NCBI GenBank assembly: GCA_044342645.1
Contig: JBIIPL010000001.1
Coordinates: 1-41,810 of the forward strand
Length of the DNA stretch: 41,810 bases
Reading direction: 5' to 3'
Source of the DNA: Candidatus Planktophila sp.
GTDB taxonomy: Bacteria > Actinomycetota > Actinomycetes > Nanopelagicales > Nanopelagicaceae
A program made the position numbers and the translations under genes. The notes below the pieces were generated by a model. It worked only from the letters and a program-made list of their open reading frames with translations. It searched no databases and was not told the origin of the DNA. How positions within the stretch are numbered: position 1 is the first letter of the stretch; each line of letters begins with the position of its first letter. Below are positions 29,170-38,331 of this stretch, piece after piece.

Positions 29170-30351
29170 CTAGAGTGCTTCAGAGCTAAATGATAAATCC
29201 GAATAAGGAGCATATTTAGAAGGTTGATGGCCTTGAAATGAGTCGCTTTGCACCCGATTCAAAATATCTTCAACAATTCGGTATGAGGCTTTTCCGTCGC
29301 CAAAAGGGTGAACCCAATTCTTACCATTTAACCCCACTAGCCTTTCAACAAAATCCATATTCAAATATTTCTGAAAAGGATCAAATTTAATACTCGCGCC
29401 ACATTGGTACACCTGAGGGCGTTCGGTGGCCGTTCTCATTTGAATTGAGGGAACACCTAAAACCGCCGCCTCTTCAACGATTGTTCCAGAATCTGTCAGA
29501 ACTCCGTGAGAGGCAACTAAGAGTTCCAGAAGTTCTAAATAGCCGATTGGATCAACAAGCGTTAAATTAGCGGGCAATTCTAAGCGAAATTGTTTAATCA
29601 TTTTTTGGGTTCTATATCCTGCTGGAAATATGACAGGGATAGGAGAACTGGTGACTAATTCAAAAATGTTTCGCAATGCAAGCAAATTTTCAACATTTTC
29701 ACGTCTATGGCAGGTCATCACTAAGAATTTACCGCCGCCCAAGCTGTACTTATCTTGAAGTAGTGTTTGGAATTCTGAGACTTCCATTCGAAGCTTGCCG
29801 GAGAGGAAGTATTCCTGAATGACGTCAACAATTGGATTGCCAGTAACAATGATATTTTCTGACGGTATTCCCTCAGCCGTGCCTTGTTCCTTATATTCAG
29901 GCAGGTAAGCGTAAATGTAGTCAGAGAGATGATCTGCAATAGTTCTATATTTCTCTTCTGGCATCCTCCAGTCATACGAACGCATACAACCTTCAATGTG
30001 AATAACAGGAATATTAAGTTGTGCAACAGCAATAGCGCCAGTGACAGTGTTGGTGTCGCCCAAAAAGATAACCGCTTTAGGTTTTTCTCTAACCAACACT
30101 TTTGAGAGTTCACTTATCATCGAAGAGACAAGTTCTGCGTCAGAATCTCCAGAAATATTCAATTCAATTTCAGGCGGAAGTATCTCTAATTCACGAAAAA
30201 ACACGTCTTTCAAGTTATCTGAATAGTGTTGACCCGACCAAACTAATTTAAAGTTACTTCCTAATCTATTCCTAAGCTCTCGCAGCATGATGCTCGCACG
30301 GATAACATCCGGACGGATGCCTAAAACCATTAAAATTGGTTTTGAAGTCAT
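29170..30351 (-). CDS. UDP-N-acetylhexosamine 2-epimerase (WecB / FnlC-WbjD family)
   Basis: GIRPDVIR, GQHY, LGDTNT, HIEG..RS.D..MPEE..R, HRREN, TDSG...EEA, TERP, GDG.AS. Confidence 0.88.
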   Translation of the reverse strand: MTSKPILMVLGIRPDVIRASIMLRELRNRLGSNFKLVWSGQHYSDNLKDVFFRELEILPPEIELNISGDSDAELVSSMISELSKVLVREKPKAVIFLGDTNTVTGAIAVAQLNIPVIHIEGCMRSYDWRMPEEKYRTIADHLSDYIYAYLPEYKEQGTAEGIPSENIIVTGNPIVDVIQEYFLSGKLRMEVSEFQTLLQDKYSLGGGKFLVMTCHRRENVENLLALRNIFELVTSSPIPVIFPAGYRTQKMIKQFRLELPANLTLVDPIGYLELLELLVASHGVLTDSGTIVEEAAVLGVPSIQMRTATERPQVYQCGASIKFDPFQKYLNMDFVERLVGLNGKNWVHPFGDGKASYRIVEDILNRVQSDSFQGHQPSKYAPYSDLSFSSEAL

Positions 30352-30816
30352 TTAACGAGGAACAACTTCCCATGGATTCCAGTAGTCAAATTCGAATCTG
30401 TAGTCATCGCCTTGACTCTCTTCCAAGGTAGTGTTGGAGAAAACTAGTAGTTGAGCATCAATTGTAAGAGACATAAAACCGTTGGCATAACCTGCTGGGA
30501 TAAAAAAACCAGATGGATTTTTGGATGATAGAACTTTTCTCTCGACCACTTGGTTTTTATCTGGATTGATCTTGTCTGTCATTTTCACCGCACAGGCAAG
30601 AATAGATCCGCTTAAAACGAAAAATACTTTCGATTCGAGCATATGCCCGTGCCAGGCGCGGATGAATCCTTGAGAATGATTGGATATTGTGTAAAAACGC
30701 TTGAAATTATTTAAAGGAAAGCCATTAATAAAGGAAAGTTCTCCTCGGTCATCAACTGAGCATCCACCTGGCAAAATTGTTGGGATAGTTGGCATTCCAT
30801 TTATAGAGTCTGTCAT
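30352..30816 (-). CDS. Cupin sugar epimerase/isomerase (RmlC / WxcM / FdtA-like)
   Basis: DDRG, KRFY, RAWHGH, IPAGYANGF; ATGA overlap with the upstream SDR gene. Confidence 0.82.
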   Translation of the reverse strand: MTDSINGMPTIPTILPGGCSVDDRGELSFINGFPLNNFKRFYTISNHSQGFIRAWHGHMLESKVFFVLSGSILACAVKMTDKINPDKNQVVERKVLSSKNPSGFFIPAGYANGFMSLTIDAQLLVFSNTTLEESQGDDYRFEFDYWNPWEVVPR

Positions 30817-31763
30817 TTGCGAACACCCCACTGCAGGCGAAGGCTCTCTGAATTGTTAAAGCGTGGATTAGCGACGTCCTTAATGCGTTTGTTCCAGATT
30901 GCATCGGCAACCTGCTTAACGCCATCTTCAATTGACCATTTAGGGGCAAAGCCAATCTCCGAACGTGCCGCATCTGAACTTACTCGATAATTTCTCGCAT
31001 CTTGGAATGAAATTTCAGTTTGTTCAATTTCGGCATCAGTTACAATTGCTTTTATGCGTTGCGCTAACTCCAAAACGGTCACATTTTCAGTGTGAAGATT
31101 GTAGATACCAGTAGAATTACTATCCAAATGAGGAACTGCAGCCGTAGCAACATCTTTTACATGTAGAAGTGGGCGATATTGAGCTCCGCCAAAAACACTC
31201 ATTGTTCCTTCAAGAATTGCCCTGATTGTTAGCACATTTAGAACTAAGTCAACCCTTAATCTAGCGAAAGCATCACTCATGCCGAAAAGTGTGCCGAGTC
31301 GGAAAATTAAAGTAGTTGCTTCACTCTTCTTTAGTATTTCTTCAGCTTCTAATTTTGATTCAGCATAAAGTGAAAGGGGGCCAGTCGGACTTGATTCGTC
31401 TAGAAGCCCATCTTGAGCTCCGTAAACAGAACAAGTTGATGGAAAGATTATGCGCCCGCCAAAATTTTCAGTTAGTTGGCGAACCGCATCCACGTTTGTT
31501 TGGCGCGTCAATTTTGGATTAATGGCGCAAGCAGGATCGCCGACAAGAGCGGAGAGCCAAACGACGGAGTCAGCCCATTTAAGGTGATTTTCTACCGTTT
31601 TGAAGTCGAGAATATCCCCGTAAGCAAAGTCTACATCTTTAAGGTACGAGTCTTCATAAGTGAGATTGTCTAAAACTCTTACATCATGTCCAGCTCGAAC
31701 CGCTTCGTCGGTGAGCCAACCACCCACGTAACCCGCTCCGCCAACCACCAAAACTTTAGACAT
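30813..31763 (-). CDS. NAD-dependent sugar epimerase/dehydratase (extended SDR)
   Basis: GGAGYVG, STCSVYG, YAESK, RPLLHVKD; ATG 31763 with SD GGAG and TATAAT further upstream. Confidence 0.87.
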   Translation of the reverse strand: MSKVLVVGGAGYVGGWLTDEAVRAGHDVRVLDNLTYEDSYLKDVDFAYGDILDFKTVENHLKWADSVVWLSALVGDPACAINPKLTRQTNVDAVRQLTENFGGRIIFPSTCSVYGAQDGLLDESSPTGPLSLYAESKLEAEEILKKSEATTLIFRLGTLFGMSDAFARLRVDLVLNVLTIRAILEGTMSVFGGAQYRPLLHVKDVATAAVPHLDSNSTGIYNLHTENVTVLELAQRIKAIVTDAEIEQTEISFQDARNYRVSSDAARSEIGFAPKWSIEDGVKQVADAIWNKRIKDVANPRFNNSESLRLQWGVRK

Positions 31764-31938
31764 TATTACTCCACAATCCTCGCTGTCCGAGCGATTATAG
31801 GCGAGAACCTTCACCCACTGGTGCTTTTACAGCCCCGATCGCCTAAATCTAACTACTAAAGCTCTAAATTAGACGATAATAGGCATTAAAGAACTTAGAA
31901 CTATTCTGGTTTTGCTGGAATCTAGCCCACTAGGAAAT

Positions 31939-33777
31939 ATGAAATCTCGAGTTAAAAGCAGAATTAACCGCACAACATTGATGCGGTCTATTCAAGTTTT
32001 ACCAAAAAGCGATCAACCAAAAATCGTCTTAGTCATTTTGTTGCAAGCCGGGCTTGGAGTGATTGACTTAATCGGCGTAGCCGCAATCGGTGTACTAGGT
32101 GCCCTTTCCGTGACCGGTGTTCAATCTCAACAGCCTGGCGATCAGGTATCTTCAATCTTAGGTTTTTTACAGATTTCCGATTTAAGTTTTCAAGAGCAGG
32201 TAGCAACACTTGGGCTCGGAGCAGCCCTCATTTTCGTTTTGCGAACAGTTCTTTCAATCCTGATAACTAGAAGGATTCTGTTTTTCTTAAGCCACCGTGG
32301 GGCAACCCTCTCCTCAAAATTAGTTGGTCAACTCTTGTCACAATCCTTAATTCAAGTGCAATCTCGTTCGACTCAAGAAACCGTTTACGCGCTTACGGTT
32401 GGAGTCTCAGCAATCACGTTGAGCATACTTGGTGTTGCTGTGACAATCATCGCTGACTCTTCGCTATTAATCTTGATGTTTATTGCCCTATTAGTAGTGG
32501 ACCCAATCATTGCGCTGACTTCAGTTTTGTTTTTCTCAGTCTTGGGATTTTCTCTTTATAGAAGCATGCATGTCAAAGCGCACAGATTAGGATTTGAAAA
32601 TTCTGAACTAGCAATAAGAGGAAATAGCAAAATCATTGAAGTCCTGGAGTCTTACAGAGAATTAGTTGTTAGAAATCGTCGCGATTTTTATGCCCGCGAA
32701 ATTGGCAAAGTTCAGCGAAAACTGGCAGATGTGTTAGCTGAAGTTCAGTTCATGCCAAATGTAAGCAAGTATGTAATTGAATCAGGGATGGTTGTTGGCG
32801 CCGTGATTATTGCTGGAGTACAATTTGCACTCCAGGATGCACGACACGCTACCGCTGCTCTTTCAGTTTTTTTAGCTGCCGGAACTCGAATCGCACCGGC
32901 AATCATGCGCCTACAGCAAAGTTTTATTCAAATGCGTGGAGGAATTGGTGCAGCGCTACCTACTCTTGACTTGATTGATTCATTAAAGAATGTTCCAGCT
33001 GCCGAAAATGTAGACGATAATTTAGATTCGACACATCTTGGTTTTGATTCAAGGGTTGTATTTACTTCTGTGAACTTCACTTATCCAAAAAGTGATAAAG
33101 AAACTTTGTCTAATATCGTATTAAACTTGAAGAACGGAAGCTCAACTGCAATTGTTGGCCCTTCTGGAGCTGGCAAAACTTCGCTTGTCGATATCTTGCT
33201 GGGGGTGCTTACACCGGATAACGGTGAAGTTACAGTCTCAGGAGTAAAACCGTTAGATGCAATTTCGAAATGGCCGGGAGCAATTTCGTATGTTCCGCAA
33301 GACGTTTCCCTTTTAAATGGAACCATAAGAGAAAACCTAGCAATGGGTTTCCCATTAAATGTGGTTAAGGATGAAATGTGTTGGGATGCGCTTGTGGTAG
33401 CCCAGCTAGAGAGTTTTGTTGAAAAACTTCCTCTGGGCCTCGAAACTCAGATAGGTGAGCGTGGCACAAAGTTAAGTGGCGGGCAAAGACAGAGATTGGG
33501 AATTGCGCGTGCAATGTTAACAAAACCAAAACTATTGGTTTTGGATGAAGCCACAAGCTCACTGGACGGACAAACTGAATCCGACATTTCGGACGCAATT
33601 GTGCAGTTACAAGGGTCGGTCACCATTGTGATGATTGCACACAGACTTTCGACCGTTCGAAATGCCGATCAAGTTATTTACATGGATAACGGTAGAATAC
33701 TCGCAAGTGGAACCTTTAAAGAAGTACGTAATTCAGTTCCCGATTTTGATCATCAGGCGCAATTAATGGGCCTATAA
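31939..33777 (+). CDS. ABC exporter, fused TMD-NBD (MsbA/PglK-like, putative glycan flippase)
   Basis: N-terminal TM domain; GPSGAGKT, LSGGQ, LVLDEATSSLD, IAHRL; located within glycan genes. Confidence 0.88.
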   Translation: MKSRVKSRINRTTLMRSIQVLPKSDQPKIVLVILLQAGLGVIDLIGVAAIGVLGALSVTGVQSQQPGDQVSSILGFLQISDLSFQEQVATLGLGAALIFVLRTVLSILITRRILFFLSHRGATLSSKLVGQLLSQSLIQVQSRSTQETVYALTVGVSAITLSILGVAVTIIADSSLLILMFIALLVVDPIIALTSVLFFSVLGFSLYRSMHVKAHRLGFENSELAIRGNSKIIEVLESYRELVVRNRRDFYAREIGKVQRKLADVLAEVQFMPNVSKYVIESGMVVGAVIIAGVQFALQDARHATAALSVFLAAGTRIAPAIMRLQQSFIQMRGGIGAALPTLDLIDSLKNVPAAENVDDNLDSTHLGFDSRVVFTSVNFTYPKSDKETLSNIVLNLKNGSSTAIVGPSGAGKTSLVDILLGVLTPDNGEVTVSGVKPLDAISKWPGAISYVPQDVSLLNGTIRENLAMGFPLNVVKDEMCWDALVVAQLESFVEKLPLGLETQIGERGTKLSGGQRQRLGIARAMLTKPKLLVLDEATSSLDGQTESDISDAIVQLQGSVTIVMIAHRLSTVRNADQVIYMDNGRILASGTFKEVRNSVPDFDHQAQLMGL

Positions 33778-33779
33778 AA

Positions 33780-35813
33780 TTATCTTGGTCTGCGGCGACG
33801 TTCTGACGAGTTAGGGCGAGGCTTACGTGATCCACGCGCTGGCCCCTTGTTTTCAACCACTGGTGTTAAATAGGGAATTCCAGAAGGTTCCTGTGCTCCA
33901 GTAATGCGCATTAAGTCTTGATCTAAAGGTTTAACTCCCACAAATTTAGGGGTCACTCCTGCACGAGAAGTTAATCCCCCGACAGATTTCTGTTGTTTAG
34001 TGGTTGCAAGAGTTACGACAGCACCGGCTTCTCCTGCACGAGCAGTACGGCCCGAACGATGTAAATAATCTTTATGGTCTGTTGGTGCATCAACATGCAC
34101 AACAAGAGAAATCCCATCCACATGAATACCGCGTGCTGCGACATCTGTCGCGACAAGTGCAGCATTAGGTAGTTGCTTGAACAACGCAAGCGTTCTTGTA
34201 CGAACTGCTTGTGACTTTCCTCCGTGAAGTGCCCCAACCGGAACACCTGCGTGAGCAAGTTTGTCAGCTAGACGATCTGCACCGCGTTGAGTTTTAACAA
34301 AGAGAATAGTTTTCCCGTTACGAGCTGCAATTTGATTTGTGATGTCATCTTTGTCGCCTGGGTGCATAACGAGTACGTAGTGCTCCATCGTCGAAACTGA
34401 AGCACGGTCATTTTGAAGCGAGTGTGTCTTTGGGTTATTCAAGTACTGGCGAACAAGGGCATCAACACCACGATCAAGAGTTGCTGAGAAAAGAAGTCTT
34501 TGACCATTTGGCTTTGCTTGATCAAGAATTTCTTTAACTACTGGCAAGAAGCCCATGTCGGCCATTTGATCTGCTTCATCTAGAACGGTAATTTCTAGAT
34601 CATCTAGTTGGACTTCGCCCTTATTGAGCAAGTCAATTAAGCGCCCTGGTGTTGCAACAAGGACTGCAGTTGCTTTGCGCATTGCAGTTATTTGCTTTGC
34701 GTACGGCATTCCGCCAGCGATAACTACAGAATCATGACCGATGGCGCGGGCAAGAGGAGTTAAAACTTCATCAATTTGCTGAGCAAGTTCGCGAGTTGGT
34801 GTGAGAACCAAAGCTAAAGGCTTGTGTGGTTTTGCTGCTTTCCCGCTGATATTTGTAAGCAAAGCAAGGCCAAAAGCAAGTGTTTTTCCTGATCCAGTTT
34901 GTCCGCGACCAAGGATGTCGTGGCCAGCGATTGCATCTGGAACTGTTGCAATTTGGATTGGGAACGGGTGCGTAATGCCTTGCGTGTTAAGTGCGTTAGC
35001 AAGAGCTGGTGCAATTCCTAAGTCACGGAAAGTTGTTGTTACTTCAGTGAGCGGTGTTGCATCAATTAAGTTGGCATCTGCAAGATTTGCTGAGATATAG
35101 TTATCGTCTGCACCGAAATCGACTGCTGCATTGGTGTGTGTCTTGTGCGCTTTGCGATCATCACGAGCATAAGCAGGTGAATCATTGCGGCGATCACGTG
35201 GTGGCTTTGCTGGACGTTCTGCGCGGTAATTAGACGCACTTACATCTGGAGCAGTTTTATGTTTAGCAAAAGTTTGCTTTGAGGGTGCACCTGGTTTATA
35301 TTTTTCTCGCTTTCCAGGGATGAAGTTTGGGCGGCCATCGTCGGTGCGGGCTACGCGTTCTTTTGCGGCATCGCGACGAGTTGTTGGGCGGGTATCTGGT
35401 TTCTTAAATTCTGGACGTGCTGTGCGTTCGTTGCGGTCTGAGACAAATTTCTTAGCGCGAGATTCTGGCTTTACAGCTTCTTCTTTTGCCTCTCTTGGCT
35501 TAGAAGCAGTTTTCTCTTGATAACGCTTGGCGCGCATCTTGGAGCGATCGTTTAAACGAGCTTCTTTCTTTGAAAGTGTCGATGTGTCTATATCTGAATA
35601 GCGCTTTGTTGAAGGCGTGCTTGTTGGCTTAGATGAAGCTGCCTTAAATGGTTTAGCGGCTGCGCCTTTACGTGCAGCTTTTTCAGCACTTGTGTGGCGG
35701 GGCTTAGAAATAGGGGTTGAGGCAGATGACTTCTTAGCGCGGGGCTTGCCGGCTTTAGCAGATGCTGCTCTGCGGGCTTTTCCGGGCGCGGTTGTACGTG
35801 GCTGTAGAGACAT
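33780..35813 (-). CDS. DEAD-box RNA helicase with long basic N-terminal extension
   Basis: PFPIQ, GQTGSGKT, PTRELA, TPGRL, DEAD, SAT, ARGIH, HRSGRTAR. Start 35813 is inferred; the upstream in-frame stretch looks like promoter/UTR. Confidence 0.93.
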   Translation of the reverse strand: MSLQPRTTAPGKARRAASAKAGKPRAKKSSASTPISKPRHTSAEKAARKGAAAKPFKAASSKPTSTPSTKRYSDIDTSTLSKKEARLNDRSKMRAKRYQEKTASKPREAKEEAVKPESRAKKFVSDRNERTARPEFKKPDTRPTTRRDAAKERVARTDDGRPNFIPGKREKYKPGAPSKQTFAKHKTAPDVSASNYRAERPAKPPRDRRNDSPAYARDDRKAHKTHTNAAVDFGADDNYISANLADANLIDATPLTEVTTTFRDLGIAPALANALNTQGITHPFPIQIATVPDAIAGHDILGRGQTGSGKTLAFGLALLTNISGKAAKPHKPLALVLTPTRELAQQIDEVLTPLARAIGHDSVVIAGGMPYAKQITAMRKATAVLVATPGRLIDLLNKGEVQLDDLEITVLDEADQMADMGFLPVVKEILDQAKPNGQRLLFSATLDRGVDALVRQYLNNPKTHSLQNDRASVSTMEHYVLVMHPGDKDDITNQIAARNGKTILFVKTQRGADRLADKLAHAGVPVGALHGGKSQAVRTRTLALFKQLPNAALVATDVAARGIHVDGISLVVHVDAPTDHKDYLHRSGRTARAGEAGAVVTLATTKQQKSVGGLTSRAGVTPKFVGVKPLDQDLMRITGAQEPSGIPYLTPVVENKGPARGSRKPRPNSSERRRRPR

Positions 35814-36021
35814 AGAAATAGATACCAATCGAGACGACAAGCGCGTCTCGGGTATGGCCTCGAAAGGGCCAGGGCGGTGATAAGACTCGCAAGTAAGTGG
35901 CCATTTAGGCTCACTTTGGGGGAAATACATCGATGCAGGGTGCTTCGATGGGTTAAGGATACCATTTACGTGAAAAGTTTCATAATTCGCGATCACGCGA
36001 TTACCCTAATTCTCTAATCAC

Positions 36022-36744
36022 GTGAAACGAGTGTGCATATTGAAAATTAGTAAAGATTTAGTGATATCCGATTACTACGACAATTATTTCGAAAAATTAT
36101 GTTACGCAGGACTTCAAAGCAGAGGAACCAAGACCTTTCACAAGCTCATAGAGAGGAATTGGGTTGATAAAACACCCAGGAGAATTCTTGAAGTGGGAGC
36201 TGGGGTAGGCGAACATTTCCCCTTCGTTCCCAAGGAAGCACTTTATAAAATCGAAGAGTATGTAGCGCTAGACATCAGAGAATCCGAAATAGGTGATTTG
36301 AAATATTTGGGCGGGGATGAAAAAGTATTGGTACAGCGAAAAACTGGCTCTGTTGAGAAAATACCTTTCCAAGATGGATATTTTGATCGAGTAACTAGCA
36401 CCTGCCTATTCCACCACTTACAGGATCCATTAGAAGCTTTTCAAGAAGTACGGCGGGTTCTAAAGGTCAATGGAGAATTCTCGATTGGGCTTCCCACAGA
36501 CCCGGGAATCGCAAATCAAGTTGTAAAAAATTTATACACATACAGAAAAGCCAAGAAATTAGGAATAACAAACCCTAGATTTATTTATGCCCTAGAACAC
36601 CAAAATCATATAAATTCTTTATTAGTTATTCTAAAAGAGGTATTTTCAAAAGACTTAGTAAAAATCAAATACTGGCCATTGAAAATACCAAGTCAAAATT
36701 TAAATCTAGCTATTTCGGTACATATAGTTAAAAGCGAACATTAG
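36022..36744 (+). CDS. Class I SAM-dependent methyltransferase
   Basis: ILEVGAGVG, PF.DGYFD, HHL.DP...F.E.RRVLK; start uncertain (36022, 36040 or 36061). Confidence 0.82.
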   Translation: MKRVCILKISKDLVISDYYDNYFEKLCYAGLQSRGTKTFHKLIERNWVDKTPRRILEVGAGVGEHFPFVPKEALYKIEEYVALDIRESEIGDLKYLGGDEKVLVQRKTGSVEKIPFQDGYFDRVTSTCLFHHLQDPLEAFQEVRRVLKVNGEFSIGLPTDPGIANQVVKNLYTYRKAKKLGITNPRFIYALEHQNHINSLLVILKEVFSKDLVKIKYWPLKIPSQNLNLAISVHIVKSEH

Positions 36745-36750
36745 ATTTGA

Positions 36751-38094
36751 TCACAGGAAACCTTTTTGTACCCACTCAATGTATGCCGATTTTATCCAAG
36801 CCCATTTCTCCACATCATCCACACCCAACCCCAACGGCCAATAATTAACATTGTAGCCAACTAGATTGAACTGATTATTTGCAATCCTGACCTTATTACT
36901 CTCATAATCGCGATCCCAGTGCTCGGCTCTCACTCCCATCATGGCCATGTCTCGGACAAGAAGTAAGAGGCAAAAGACAAAAACAAAATTCCTCAAGATT
37001 AAAAACTTTTCTCTACGAGCCACTCCAAGTTGCTCTCGAAGAATCAGACCTAATGTGAAAAACACTGGAAAGACAAAAACATAGAAGGACATAGTGTGGT
37101 ACCAGGAAGGGTAAGCAAAAGCACCTCCAGCGCTTACGGTTAAGACACATAGAACAAGAACGAACGAAGTGATTTTTAAATACTTTAGTAATAAGAAACG
37201 CGGCATCAGGTTTTTTTCAAAGACGCAACCAACAAGTAAAGCCAAGAACCAACCCGGATGAAGCAGAATGTCCCCAACGTTGTAAAGCAGCGCTAGGAAA
37301 AAATTAAAAACCAACTCTTGAAAAGTGTGAGGCTCTAAAACAATTTCTGAACGGACGCGGAATCCAGGTGCCAAGACAATTGTAAGAAGGCCAATTATTT
37401 GGCCAAAAATCAACAAGAGTAAATTTCTCTTCTTAATTTGTAAAGCATTCATCAAGGAACTTTTTATAAGTATCCGAATGATTAAACTAGTTACAAGGCA
37501 AAAAATTGACTCTGAGATATTTAAATTGCCAATAATGAATCCAAGAATAAACAGCGAAAATAAGCTAAAAATCCTTTTGGAGCGTGCAAAATAAATTGCG
37601 TGAACAAAAATCAAGGTTGGTAACAAATGTGCTGTGGCTGCGAGCGTGAAATTGAGAATCGAAAAATATCCGGGCGCGTGTAATGAGCCAAAACAAAAAA
37701 AAGAGAGAATCAAATAACTGGAGGACCGAAAACCAATTTCAGTACCAGTAATCTCCTCTAGATAGATCTTGAATATTCTAAATGTAGAAAGAAGAAGCAA
37801 AGTGACAATAATTGAATGTAACGCAATACCATAGAAGATAAAACCAGAGGCGTAAAGATTAATAAAGAAATTTGATATGACAATTGTGGATATATTCCCA
37901 CCCCAAGACTTCCACATGTTGTGGATCGAATTGAGTAATCCGTCGTTACTTACATCCCTCAAAGAAACATAGTCATCCTGCATCGGTCTTACGAAAAGCA
38001 TTGATAAAACAAAGACTGAAAAAAAAATGAAAAAAACCAATAAATCAGTTTTGCTTATTTTTGTTGGATACCAACTTTTCTTACGAGACCGCAC
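36751..38094 (-). CDS. Polytopic membrane protein, probable GT-C-fold glycosyltransferase (DUF6056-like)
   Basis: Roughly ten or more hydrophobic segments; P.QDDY after TM1, then W..WGG; APG..R later; TATCTT 6 nt before GTG. Confidence 0.6.
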   Translation of the reverse strand: MRSRKKSWYPTKISKTDLLVFFIFFSVFVLSMLFVRPMQDDYVSLRDVSNDGLLNSIHNMWKSWGGNISTIVISNFFINLYASGFIFYGIALHSIIVTLLLLSTFRIFKIYLEEITGTEIGFRSSSYLILSFFCFGSLHAPGYFSILNFTLAATAHLLPTLIFVHAIYFARSKRIFSLFSLFILGFIIGNLNISESIFCLVTSLIIRILIKSSLMNALQIKKRNLLLLIFGQIIGLLTIVLAPGFRVRSEIVLEPHTFQELVFNFFLALLYNVGDILLHPGWFLALLVGCVFEKNLMPRFLLLKYLKITSFVLVLCVLTVSAGGAFAYPSWYHTMSFYVFVFPVFFTLGLILREQLGVARREKFLILRNFVFVFCLLLLVRDMAMMGVRAEHWDRDYESNKVRIANNQFNLVGYNVNYWPLGLGVDDVEKWAWIKSAYIEWVQKGFL

Positions 38095-38331
38095 ATTCCA
38101 AAGATATCACTTTCAGGATTTTGCTACCTGAAAAACAATCCGTTTAGATGCGGGCGATTAGCCGAAAACAAAACTCCTAACTTGTTTAAGTTCATAATGG
38201 ATAATGTAATGATTTTATCCCTTTTTACTAGTATTTTAAAGCTTATAAAGCGCAGATAGAACGAATAGATGTGGCGTTTAAGTCGACTTACGAGAGAGTG
38301 CCAAATGAAACCAGAAGATATAGTTTGTGAG

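Noticed and set aside
35814-35996. In-frame upstream extension of the DEAD helicase in the ORF track
   Set aside because: Contains a good extended -10 and hairpins, so it is better explained as promoter plus UTR; not fully excluded.
38016-38040. Poly-A tracts at the 5' end of the GT-C-like gene as a phase-variation switch
   Set aside because: Runs of 8-9 nt simply encode Phe-rich TM1 (VFFIFFSV) in AT-rich DNA and the frame is intact; read-level length variation would be needed.
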